The translations under genes and the position numbers were made by a program. The notes under the pieces were generated by a model. The model had not been told where the DNA came from. It worked only from the letters and a program-made list of their open reading frames with translations, and made no database searches. A stretch of 64,000 bases of DNA from a virus. Position 1 is the stretch's first letter; each line of letters opens with the position of its first letter. This document shows positions 29,462-38,612 of the stretch, in pieces. The DNA lies in IMG/VR virus record IMGVR_UViG_3300037809_000520, positions 3,259 to 67,258 of that record. One strand, given 5' to 3'.

Positions 29462-29617
29462 TTACTTATGGTTTCTTTTGAAATCAGCAGAAAAGTTTTT
29501 AATCTTATTAGCAGCAGATCTACATCTACCTTTGGCAGCAGCGCTTGTTTTTTCAATTTCTGCTTCAATTAATAATACTTGTTCTTTGATTCCTTCTAAT
29601 AATTCTTTTGTATCCAT
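29462..29617 (-). CDS. Small basic protein resembling histone H1-like Hc1 family (absent from ORF track)
   Basis: 51 aa MDTKELLEGIKEQVLLIEAEIEKTSAAAKGRCRSAANKIKNFSADFKRNHK. Confidence 0.6.
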   Translation of the reverse strand: MDTKELLEGIKEQVLLIEAEIEKTSAAAKGRCRSAANKIKNFSADFKRNHK

Positions 29618-29653
29618 TTTTATAAATTTTATTGGTTAATAACTAGTTTTTAT

Positions 29654-30538
29654 TTATTTTATCAATCCTGCTAATTTTGGAAATCTAGATAATGATTCAT
29701 CTAACGCAAATCCAATTTCAGCATCTTCAGCTGGATTGTCTTTTGTTACATTAACTATACTATCAGAGTCAACTTCATCACCACCAGAACCAACGAATCT
29801 TTCAGGATCCATTCCTTGTTCTTCATTAGTAGCTACAACGTGTGCTCTAGTATAATAAGTAATTGTATTTCCTATTTGATCAAGTAACTTTTCATCACCC
29901 AGAGATTTTGCCTCTTCTTGAGCTTTAGTTAAAAGACCTAATATAGCTGCTACATCCGAAGACTCACCTGCTAGTTCAGAATCAACTTCAATTTCTGATT
30001 TTGAAGATTCATCATCAATATCAACTTCGTCTTCAATGTCGATGTCAATGTCTTCATTGTCTTCAACATCTACTTCTTCAGCTTCAGTTAAATTCCACCA
30101 TTCAGGTTTAGAATCACCGGATGCAAATTCATCTTCTAAATGATCTAAAAAATCTTCTCTTGAAGAGGTTTCAAATTCATAATCATCTTTATCATCATAT
30201 CTATTTGGGAAGTAATCGTCTGCCCAATCTTTAATAACATCCATTGGTACATCCATTTTGTAGTACCTTTTCATATCACCTTTGATTTCTGGGTACATAT
30301 CATCACCTTCAAAATTCAATAGTTCTTCTTTAATAACATCATCCTTAAAATCCTTTTTAAGTTTAGCTAATTTTTCTTCGTTGTCTTTAATATCTTTTTC
30401 AAGATTTTTTATGTGGTCTCTATCATCACGAATAGCACCTTCCATACGTTTTTGTTCTTCACTGTTTCCTTTTTTAGAATCTTCAGCTTCAGATAAAAAC
30501 TGACTCTTGATGATTTCTTTTAATTCCGATTTTTTCAT
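29654..30538 (-). CDS. Acidic putative head/core protein
   Basis: MKKSELKEIIKSQFLSE leader; C-terminal RFPKLAGLIK like scaffold; TATTTATA at 30571-30578. Confidence 0.6.
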   Translation of the reverse strand: MKKSELKEIIKSQFLSEAEDSKKGNSEEQKRMEGAIRDDRDHIKNLEKDIKDNEEKLAKLKKDFKDDVIKEELLNFEGDDMYPEIKGDMKRYYKMDVPMDVIKDWADDYFPNRYDDKDDYEFETSSREDFLDHLEDEFASGDSKPEWWNLTEAEEVDVEDNEDIDIDIEDEVDIDDESSKSEIEVDSELAGESSDVAAILGLLTKAQEEAKSLGDEKLLDQIGNTITYYTRAHVVATNEEQGMDPERFVGSGGDEVDSDSIVNVTKDNPAEDAEIGFALDESLSRFPKLAGLIK

Positions 30539-30830
30539 TATATTTGTATTTTTCTGTTGATTAATTTTATTATAAATATGTTAGGATTTTTCCTTATTGA
30601 TATTTTTTGCCGGATTTAATGGCTGATTTATATGTTTTATCTTTCCTTTTTTCTTTTTAAGTCTTCTAAGTATTCAATTTGTTTACGAGTTAATTTATTA
30701 TAATCAAATACTTCTCTATCTTCTTTTAAATCTTTAGCTGATTTATATAGTGAAAGTAGTCTTTTAAGTTCTTTCTGTACTAACATTTCTGTTTCACTAG
30801 TTAAAGGTTCACCATTAGCTTCACCACTAT

Positions 30831-31280
30831 CTAATATTTCTTCTGCATCTTTGATTTGTTTTTAATACCTGCTTTACTCATCCCTTCGTTGATAGGAAAA
30901 TCTTCTACATTAAATTGAAATTTTATTTTTGGGTACCATGCTCTATCTCCATCATATTCCATTTCATACCAATTAGATTCTGATTCTATATCAAATCCTT
31001 TATCTTCTACCCACTTTAATGCTTTATTCCAATCATTAGGTAAAAGTTCATCTTTAATATTAAAACTAATAGAACCATATCCCTTACCTTTTAAAGGGTC
31101 TGTATCTGGTCTATCACCACTATACATTCCTAATGAAATGCTAGGATTATAATCATTAAATTGAGAATCTAATTCTTTTCTTAATTCTATTTCTCGAGAT
31201 TTATATTCTCCATATTCGTCTATTTGACTCTCCTTAAGATAGCGGTTTCTATTCCACTTAGTGATATTAAAATTATCCAT
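30831..31280 (-). CDS. Hypothetical protein with leader; probably frameshifted near 30860
   Basis: MDNFNITKWNRNRYLKE; another frame stays open from ~30860 to ~30637. Confidence 0.55.
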   Translation of the reverse strand: MDNFNITKWNRNRYLKESQIDEYGEYKSREIELRKELDSQFNDYNPSISLGMYSGDRPDTDPLKGKGYGSISFNIKDELLPNDWNKALKWVEDKGFDIESESNWYEMEYDGDRAWYPKIKFQFNVEDFPINEGMSKAGIKNKSKMQKKY

Positions 31281-31310
31281 TAGTTTTAGTTATAAATATA
31301 TAAAAATATG

Positions 31311-31886
31311 TTATCTTTTAAGACTATTTAAATGTTCAATAGTTTTATTTAAACCCTCTAATACTCTTACTTTATCAGGAGCACCTACCCAATTTTCTAC
31401 ATCTCCCTGTTCTGTAATAAAACCTTTATTAGATAATAATAATTCTGCTTCTATATAAGCTTTAAACTCATTTGCAAAATTATCTATTTCTGAATTAATA
31501 ATTTTAGATTCATAAGCTTCATACAATCCTGCTACTTTTAAATGGTGTTCAAATTCAACAACACAATTAAAACATTTTTTATGGATATTATAATAAGGTT
31601 TATCTAAATCAGTATGCATTTTTGATTTACAGTTAGGGCAAAAAATAGGCATTATGTGTGCTTTTTTTGCTTTATCTAATTTAGTAATATTTTGTTTTAT
31701 TCCTTCTTTAATAGTCCAAGTACGACCATCAGTTTCCCAAACATCACCTTCTTTATATTCCTTTTCATGTTTGGCGTAACCCACACTTTGTCCTATTTTT
31801 TCACCATGCTTACCTTGAATAAGGTTACGCATTCTATTTACGTCTTTTTCTGTAAATTGTTTATTTAATCCTTGTACCTTACTCAT
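31311..31886 (-). CDS. Zn-finger-containing hypothetical protein
   Basis: CPNC...HKKCFNC; KEGDVWE.DGRTWTIK.GIKQ. Confidence 0.65.
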   Translation of the reverse strand: MSKVQGLNKQFTEKDVNRMRNLIQGKHGEKIGQSVGYAKHEKEYKEGDVWETDGRTWTIKEGIKQNITKLDKAKKAHIMPIFCPNCKSKMHTDLDKPYYNIHKKCFNCVVEFEHHLKVAGLYEAYESKIINSEIDNFANEFKAYIEAELLLSNKGFITEQGDVENWVGAPDKVRVLEGLNKTIEHLNSLKR

Positions 31887-32095
31887 AAAACTAATTTATT
31901 TAATTCTTTAATAATAACTTGTATATCATCTTTTGATAAATTACCACCACTATACCATTGTTTTATTTGGTTTGCTAATAAATTAACATCTACTTTTATA
32001 GGCAAATCATTGGGGGTAGTAATTAGTGGGTTAGTACTTCTGGACCTTAATGATCCTTCTTTATATCCTTTTGATAAAGTATTTGATTTATTCAT
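31883..32095 (-). CDS. Small hypothetical protein
   Basis: ATGA overlaps with both neighbours. Confidence 0.55.
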   Translation of the reverse strand: MNKSNTLSKGYKEGSLRSRSTNPLITTPNDLPIKVDVNLLANQIKQWYSGGNLSKDDIQVIIKELNKLVL

Positions 32096-34650
32096 AATCC
32101 TAATGCTTTAAGTTGGTTGATTGTATCCTGGGTTGATGTATGTAATATACCAATACCCCCAGCTTCAATCCATTGTTCTATATTTGATTTTCTATCATCA
32201 ATTAAAATATGGTTAGGTTCAGCATAATTCTTTTTATTATAAGCTTGGGCTAATGTTAATTTAACTCCAGGCATGTTATTTCTAACCCATAATCTTTTTC
32301 CTAATCTTGAGGTTTGTGATCTTGATGGGGATGATAGTAATTCTACATCATAATCTTTAATATAATTCCAATAGTCTTTACCATCTTCCATCCAAGGCAT
32401 CCCTACCCAAAATCCAACTTTACCTTTACCATCAATTAATTCCCAAAATCCATCTTCCCCAAACTTTTTTTCATATTCTCTGGGTGGTATTCCTTTAGAG
32501 TACTTTTCAAATGATTTATCAAAATCTGTTAATACACCATCCATATCTGAATATATTTTATATTCCATAGGGGGTGAAGATACAACCTCTTCTTCAGGTA
32601 TCAAAACTCCTTCAGCAATTTCTCTAGCAAATTGATTTAAACCAAATGGATCTTTACCTAATTTGGGATCAAATCCCTGTTTTTCATCTAAACTATCAGT
32701 CCAATTTCTAAATGTCATTGTACCTTTTAAATTAGCTTCAGCTTCAATATCATTTAACTCATCATCTTCTTGAGTATTTGTTGTTGTAATATTACCTAAT
32801 CTACCTTCTAGATTTTGGGTATGATGAACCATTTCATGGGAAAATGAACGTACAATATCTTTTGGATGTCTGCCTTCAGTGTATAATACAATTGTTTGAG
32901 AATTTGGATCATAATAAGCAGTTTTACCTAAAAACTCTTGAGCATTACTACGATCACCATTTATGAATTTTAAATTAGGTAAGGGTTGAATATTCATCCC
33001 CTTATCTATCATATGCTTAGTTAATTTAGCTATCTCTTTTTTAATATCTATATTTTGAGAATATGAAGCATTTTCATTTAATGGTTTTCCTCTTTTAGAA
33101 TATCTTCCTTCTACTTCAAAATTATTACTTAATGTAGACAATACCTCTTGTGTTTTTTGGGTTTCTCTATATAATCCCCCTGTCCAGTGATCTTTAACTG
33201 TTGAAAAACCCCAAGGCCCTCCTGCTTCTTTAATTTTATTCTCAACCCACCCACTTAAATCATAATAATTAGATTTTTGTTTAATTATAACAAATGTTTC
33301 TCCTTTTTCAAGTAAATCCTGGTCTGTTAATTGATCCATAAAATTTTTTGCTCCCTCTAAAGTTTTTGAAAATGAGATATTTTTTCCATTATAATTTGTC
33401 CAAATATATTCTCTTAAATCTGGGATTTTGGTTGCATTCTTAATGGATAAAATTCTATATATTGTTCCAAAATCTTTATAGCCTAATTGTTTTAATTTTA
33501 AAACAAATACTCTATTAATTGAAGAACTATCATGTACTCCTCCTTTTCCTAACCAATCTTCAACATATTTATCTAAATCTATTTCTTCATTTAAGTTTTC
33601 TTTTAAAACTGTTCCTTCAGGAAGTTCTAATGAATCAAAAAAATCTTGAGCTATTTTTAATAGTTTTTCTTTTATTTCTGGTTTTAAATTAAGATCATCC
33701 CAAACATCTTTTACTAATGTATCTTGTATATCAAAACTATCGATTACATCTTTTTCAATATTTTCTTGAAGAGCGATTACAGGGGTAGATGTTTTAAAAT
33801 CTTTTTTACGCATTACTGTTTTTGCATACATTTCAATATCATCATCAGTAACATTTATAGCAAATGGTATGTTTATGTTATTATTAAAATCCTTAACAAC
33901 AGCATCAAAATCATCATCTATTTTAGATAGTGGTTTACCATGTTTTTTATGTAAACGTTTAAACATCCCTATAAGTTCAGCTACTGTAATTGGTTTTTTA
34001 TTTCTTTTATCATTTAATCTATCTAAAAAATGCCTAGTAAATTCAATATCAATACCCAATTTATTAAATAATCCATCAGCATATTTTTCAATTGAGTCTA
34101 ATTGGGGTTTAGTAATTTCTTCTTTAATAATTGGTCTTAGAATATTAAATACATCTTCTTTTTCTTTATCATCTAATTCATCTGGTAGGAATGGTGCTAA
34201 TTCATCGGATGATACTTTGGCTGCTTTTCTAGCATTGGTACCACTCATACCTTTATCTTGAGTAATTTGTACTTTTACTTTCATATTAGGGTAAGCTGAT
34301 TCTATATTTTTAGTTCTATTTTCAATATCTTCTAAATCATCATCTCTTCCTTCTCTTCCTCCTATAATAAAATAAACCTCATCTTCAGGATTATTTTTCC
34401 CTAAACGAATAATATCACCAATTGGTGATTCAGCAGGCTCAATCTTAACTTTCATGGGTAAATATTTTTTAAATATATCCCAAATTAAAATAGCTTCAGC
34501 TTGACTTACCCCATTTCTTTCCTTACTTCCAACATAGATAATAAATTCATCTATTTCAGGGAGAGATTTTAATGCTTTTTTTACTACCTCTAAATGACCT
34601 TTAGTAGGTGGTTTAAAACCACCTCCGTATGCTGCTATTACTTTACTCAT
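32092..34650 (-). CDS. Multidomain polyprotein: HxGH nucleotidyltransferase, unknown domain, ART-like, zincin, HAD nucleotidase
   Basis: GGGFKPPTKGH; FTRHFLDR; IYR..ISFSK..QEV; HEMVHHTQ..EAEA; DMDGVL..ILIDD. Confidence 0.75.
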   Translation of the reverse strand: MSKVIAAYGGGFKPPTKGHLEVVKKALKSLPEIDEFIIYVGSKERNGVSQAEAILIWDIFKKYLPMKVKIEPAESPIGDIIRLGKNNPEDEVYFIIGGREGRDDDLEDIENRTKNIESAYPNMKVKVQITQDKGMSGTNARKAAKVSSDELAPFLPDELDDKEKEDVFNILRPIIKEEITKPQLDSIEKYADGLFNKLGIDIEFTRHFLDRLNDKRNKKPITVAELIGMFKRLHKKHGKPLSKIDDDFDAVVKDFNNNINIPFAINVTDDDIEMYAKTVMRKKDFKTSTPVIALQENIEKDVIDSFDIQDTLVKDVWDDLNLKPEIKEKLLKIAQDFFDSLELPEGTVLKENLNEEIDLDKYVEDWLGKGGVHDSSSINRVFVLKLKQLGYKDFGTIYRILSIKNATKIPDLREYIWTNYNGKNISFSKTLEGAKNFMDQLTDQDLLEKGETFVIIKQKSNYYDLSGWVENKIKEAGGPWGFSTVKDHWTGGLYRETQKTQEVLSTLSNNFEVEGRYSKRGKPLNENASYSQNIDIKKEIAKLTKHMIDKGMNIQPLPNLKFINGDRSNAQEFLGKTAYYDPNSQTIVLYTEGRHPKDIVRSFSHEMVHHTQNLEGRLGNITTTNTQEDDELNDIEAEANLKGTMTFRNWTDSLDEKQGFDPKLGKDPFGLNQFAREIAEGVLIPEEEVVSSPPMEYKIYSDMDGVLTDFDKSFEKYSKGIPPREYEKKFGEDGFWELIDGKGKVGFWVGMPWMEDGKDYWNYIKDYDVELLSSPSRSQTSRLGKRLWVRNNMPGVKLTLAQAYNKKNYAEPNHILIDDRKSNIEQWIEAGGIGILHTSTQDTINQLKALGL

Positions 34651-35444
34651 GAATTTAAGAATTTTTCTATTCTCATTTGTGCCTCTTCTTTAGACATAGT
34701 ATATTCAATTACATCATATATAAAATCATCACTTAACATAGTTTGAATTTCTTCTTTATCTTTAGCTTTTCTTTCATCAGATCGTTTTTGTTGAGCCGGT
34801 GTTTTAGGTTTAGTTCCTGTTGGTTTAAAGGGAGTTAGATATTTTTTAATAATTTTTTCTATATCTTCCATTCTATTATCTAATGTATTAGCTACTGCTA
34901 TGAAATTATTACCAAATAAATCAGCATATTTAGGTAAATTATCTGTTACATCTTTCCAAGTACGCATCACAATAGCAGGTGCTAAACTCCTATCTTTACC
35001 TTCTGATTTTTCATATCTATCTTGATTTTGAGTTAATGAACGTTCTAAATCAGTATAAACATAAAGCATCATTACTTTATATCCCGCTTCTTCTAATTCA
35101 TTTTTTAATTTTGCTGTTTGATTATATGAAGCTCCTGTACCATCTAAAATAAATGATTCTTTTCCTTCAATAGTAGCTTCTACATCACCCTTAAATTGTT
35201 TATTAGCAGCTGCCATTTGTTTAGCTTGCTCACTTCTTTCTTCAGGAGTAGCATTTTTTAAATCTAAAGTTACATTAGCTTTTTGCAACATTGGAACATA
35301 GATATCATCTACATTTAATATCTTTAAACCCGCTAAATCTAAACCACGTAAAATATACCCTTTACCTGCTCCTGGAGCTCCTGCTAATATAATTGCTTTA
35401 GGTTCAGCAACTGCTTCTTTTAATAATTGAATTAATGAAATCAT
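34647..35444 (-). CDS. Zeta-toxin-like P-loop kinase with short leader
   Basis: MISLIQLLKE then KAIILAGAPGAGKG, NVDD, FILDGTG, GYKVMMLYV..N..R; TATTTATA at 35461-35468. Confidence 0.7.
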   Translation of the reverse strand: MISLIQLLKEAVAEPKAIILAGAPGAGKGYILRGLDLAGLKILNVDDIYVPMLQKANVTLDLKNATPEERSEQAKQMAAANKQFKGDVEATIEGKESFILDGTGASYNQTAKLKNELEEAGYKVMMLYVYTDLERSLTQNQDRYEKSEGKDRSLAPAIVMRTWKDVTDNLPKYADLFGNNFIAVANTLDNRMEDIEKIIKKYLTPFKPTGTKPKTPAQQKRSDERKAKDKEEIQTMLSDDFIYDVIEYTMSKEEAQMRIEKFLNS

Positions 35445-35468
35445 AAATTGGATATTTTGTTATAAATA

Positions 35469-36239
35469 TCACAATTTTCTTTTAGCTTGCGTTCTAAATT
35501 CAGTAAATACTGGTTTGTGACGTGGGTTTTCTAGGTCAAATAATTTTTTAACAGTATTAAATATGTCTATATTTTCTTCTTGTGAACGTTTAGATTCATA
35601 CATTTCCCATCCTTTACCTTGTATTGTACCTTCTTTAGGTCCTCTTTTTGATGATTTTAACCACAATATACCATAACGATCTGGTTTTTTACCATAACAT
35701 TCTTCATAACATTTACCATAAATAGCAGTTTGTAAATCATATGTAGTTTGTAAATGGTTTGATGTTTTAAAATCAACAATCCATAATTCACCATCAATTT
35801 CACATATCATATCACAAGTACCTGCTACTTTAATTTCATCTGAAAATAAATGTACTTCTGTTTCTATTAATGTCGGGTTATAGGTTTCCCACCAATCAAC
35901 AAAACGTAAAAACATTTGCCAAACATCTGGGTTGTACATAGGGGTTCCGTTTTGTAAAAAATTTAATTCTTTACCATTAAGGTAATCTTCACACATTTCA
36001 TGTACTTTAGTACCTTCTTCACCTGCTTTTTTTACAATCCAATCGGCACTATATCCTACTTTTTTTAACCAATCTTGGAAAAATTTACCTTTTGGGTAAT
36101 AACTTAAAACATAAGTTATAGAAGGATAATACTTACCATTTCTTCTATAATATCTAGAATCAGGTAATGTAATTTGTTTAGCATCTTCAGAAATTTCTAA
36201 AATTCTATTATGGGATTTTTTTATTGTTTTTTTACTCAT
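35469..36239 (-). CDS. PD-(D/E)xK exonuclease (Cas4-like phage exonuclease)
   Basis: YPSIT.VL, GTKVH..CE, AGTCD, IVDFKTS, LQTAIY. Confidence 0.85.
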   Translation of the reverse strand: MSKKTIKKSHNRILEISEDAKQITLPDSRYYRRNGKYYPSITYVLSYYPKGKFFQDWLKKVGYSADWIVKKAGEEGTKVHEMCEDYLNGKELNFLQNGTPMYNPDVWQMFLRFVDWWETYNPTLIETEVHLFSDEIKVAGTCDMICEIDGELWIVDFKTSNHLQTTYDLQTAIYGKCYEECYGKKPDRYGILWLKSSKRGPKEGTIQGKGWEMYESKRSQEENIDIFNTVKKLFDLENPRHKPVFTEFRTQAKRKL

Positions 36240-37168
36240 ACTAACGATAATTTTTTTTCCATTAAGGCGTATTCTGTTAGAGGAATGGATTTTTGAATTA
36301 AGTTGGTAAAATGAGTAAATCCCATTTCGCTAGGGTCTTTCCCTTCAAGTTCAATAAGGTGAACTTCCTTGCCTTCATTAATAAATCTTTCTGAAAATTT
36401 TAAAGATTTTTTTAATGCATCATTATCTAATGCTATGTATATTTTTTCAACAGTTGATTTTATTATTTTTTTCATTAAATTAGACTGTATATTGTTGCCT
36501 AATAACGGTATAGCATTTCTTTTAATGGCTATGGCATCAAATGGGCCTTCGCATAATATTAATGGTAATTTCCAATTTATAAACAATTCAAATGGGATAA
36601 TATCACGTGATGTTTCAGGATTACGATATTTAATGTATGGTTCTTTTTCAAAAGATCTGCCTGTAAAATAATTTAGATTTCCTATATCATCATAAGAGGG
36701 TATAATAATCATTTTTGAATATCTTCCGGATGTGCAATATCCTATATTGTATTTTTCAATATCATCCTTTGTAATACCTCTACTTTTTAAATAATAAGCT
36801 GCTTGTCTCCCTTCAATATCTGAGGGTGTTATGTTTTTAAAGGATTTATATTCTTTAGGAAGTTTTAATAATTCAGTATTTACTACAGTTTTACGTTCCT
36901 TTTCATTTCCTATTAATTTATATAACTCTGTAAATTTTTCAGGAGAGGCTCTAACTTGTTTAAATAAAGATGAAATTCTAGTTCCTTTTTTATTACAAAC
37001 CCAACAATGCCAGGGATTATATCCTTTTTTATTTTCAGAAAAATTAATTTCTAATTTAGGTTTATGGTGATTACAATACGGACAGTTATGGGCTTGGTTG
37101 CCTCTAGCTGTCCGTTTACCTGTTCCTATAACAGAATTCACTAAACTTACTAACAGTTCATTAATCAT
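36236..37168 (-). CDS. DNA primase
   Basis: CPYC...HCWVC zinc finger, YLKSRGI, IIIP, GR, EGPFDA and LDND TOPRIM motifs. Confidence 0.9.
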   Translation of the reverse strand: MINELLVSLVNSVIGTGKRTARGNQAHNCPYCNHHKPKLEINFSENKKGYNPWHCWVCNKKGTRISSLFKQVRASPEKFTELYKLIGNEKERKTVVNTELLKLPKEYKSFKNITPSDIEGRQAAYYLKSRGITKDDIEKYNIGYCTSGRYSKMIIIPSYDDIGNLNYFTGRSFEKEPYIKYRNPETSRDIIPFELFINWKLPLILCEGPFDAIAIKRNAIPLLGNNIQSNLMKKIIKSTVEKIYIALDNDALKKSLKFSERFINEGKEVHLIELEGKDPSEMGFTHFTNLIQKSIPLTEYALMEKKLSLV

Positions 37169-37173
37169 GAGTT

Positions 37174-37204
37174 GTAATATACAAAACTAAATTTGGGTAT
37201 CAAC
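37174..37204 (-). promoter_or_regulatory. Bacteroidota-type promoter upstream of primase
   Basis: GTTG-N19-TATATTAC. Confidence 0.45.
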
Positions 37205-37206
37205 GG

Positions 37207-37656
37207 TTAGTTGAAATCTTTTGTAAAAAACTTTCCTAGGATATTATCATTAAAAAATTCATCGGGATTTTCTAAAACTTGATAAACCATTTGATATTTA
37301 ACTTCATAGTAGGTTAAAAGTTTTTTAGTTGGAGCGCATATAAGAATTTGACGTTCGAAATTTTCTTTAGGCTCCGTTTTATATAATTCTTTTAGATGTT
37401 TATTTGAACCCCAATATGATTTCCAATTTGATTCTTTAATTGCTAATTTAAATGAAGGTCTACGGCCCACAACACCAGCATATTCTGCTAATTCTTTTTT
37501 TCCTAGTTTTACTTTAGATGTATTTTGTAATATTTTTTTACCTATGTAAGATTTTTGGGAATCTATGTGTATTATTCTATATACAAAACCATAGGTTTCA
37601 TCTGGGAAATCTGAAATGTTTAACATTTCTTGGTTTAAATATGTCCAATTTATCAT
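37207..37656 (-). CDS. GIY-YIG-like endonuclease
   Basis: GFVY.I...KSYIGKK, YWGS, E..YQ, FFNDNI. Confidence 0.7.
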   Translation of the reverse strand: MINWTYLNQEMLNISDFPDETYGFVYRIIHIDSQKSYIGKKILQNTSKVKLGKKELAEYAGVVGRRPSFKLAIKESNWKSYWGSNKHLKELYKTEPKENFERQILICAPTKKLLTYYEVKYQMVYQVLENPDEFFNDNILGKFFTKDFN

Positions 37657-38609
37657 ATATCAAAATTTACAACAACCGTAGTATCTGTAAATTGAGATAC
37701 TGGGAGTGGGAATGATAATTTTCCTACTGCTACTAATTCTTGGGCTCCATTGTATAATCCTACGCATGTAATATAAGGTTCAAAAAATGAACCTGTTACA
37801 AAGGGATAGTAAGATTGATTTAAAGCCCCGGCTATTGATGAAGTTAAAAGGGAGGGGTTTGTTGAAAATCCAAATTCATTTTCTAATACCGTACATTTAT
37901 ATTGTTGTTCATAAATTGTTAGGGATGATGAAAACTCCAAAGTTGTTCCACCTAATAGCCCAACATTTGAATTTATTTCTTCACCAATAGTTTGTGTATT
38001 ATTTCTAATTAAAACAATAGTACCATGAGGATAAAATATTTGACCACATATGTCTGATCCATTTATTATATTTCCTTCTCCATCATCTGTTAGTTGTATT
38101 CCTGCTGGGAATATCGATGAAGTTGTTGAAAATCTAAAGGTTCCTGGAATTATCTTCTCTCCATATAATTTAGTGGGGATAGAGAGTGTAGTAATTCGTG
38201 ACATTGGGGGGTTTTCTTCACTTCCTGTAGACCAATATCTTTGTTGAAGTAATGATGATTGAAGATAATTATCATATAGAGGAGATTCGATACTACCATT
38301 AGATCTATCATCTTCTCTATTAACCCCTGGAAGTATACTACCTGTATTTACAATATCTCCTATACTTGAAGATATATAATTTGTATAATATAATTGTTTT
38401 GCACTATTCCATATTGAGTTAACGGAAGAAGAGTATTCAAAACCAGTCTGAATATTTAAAGATGATGTATAGTTGCAATTTATACCATCATAAATATTAA
38501 TTCCAGCGTCTGATCCTGTAATGGAATTACCTGTAAAAGTAAAGCCTTTATCTGCTGTAAAAGGAGTTATTGTAACGTCCTTTGTTGTGAATTGTTTCCA
38601 AGCACTCAT
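37653..38609 (-). CDS. Baseplate/tail-associated structural protein
   Basis: C-terminal YITCVGLYN..QELVAVGKL shared with the 38613 paralogue. Confidence 0.6.
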   Translation of the reverse strand: MSAWKQFTTKDVTITPFTADKGFTFTGNSITGSDAGINIYDGINCNYTSSLNIQTGFEYSSSVNSIWNSAKQLYYTNYISSSIGDIVNTGSILPGVNREDDRSNGSIESPLYDNYLQSSLLQQRYWSTGSEENPPMSRITTLSIPTKLYGEKIIPGTFRFSTTSSIFPAGIQLTDDGEGNIINGSDICGQIFYPHGTIVLIRNNTQTIGEEINSNVGLLGGTTLEFSSSLTIYEQQYKCTVLENEFGFSTNPSLLTSSIAGALNQSYYPFVTGSFFEPYITCVGLYNGAQELVAVGKLSFPLPVSQFTDTTVVVNFDI

Positions 38610-38612
38610 TCA

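Noticed and set aside
19959-35444. Diversity-generating retroelement as the source of cassette variation
   Set aside because: No reverse transcriptase and no template/variable repeat pair with adenine-specific differences visible in the window
35469-36239. Exonuclease as evidence of a CRISPR-Cas4 system
   Set aside because: No Fe-S cysteine set, array or other cas genes; stand-alone phage exonuclease next to primase
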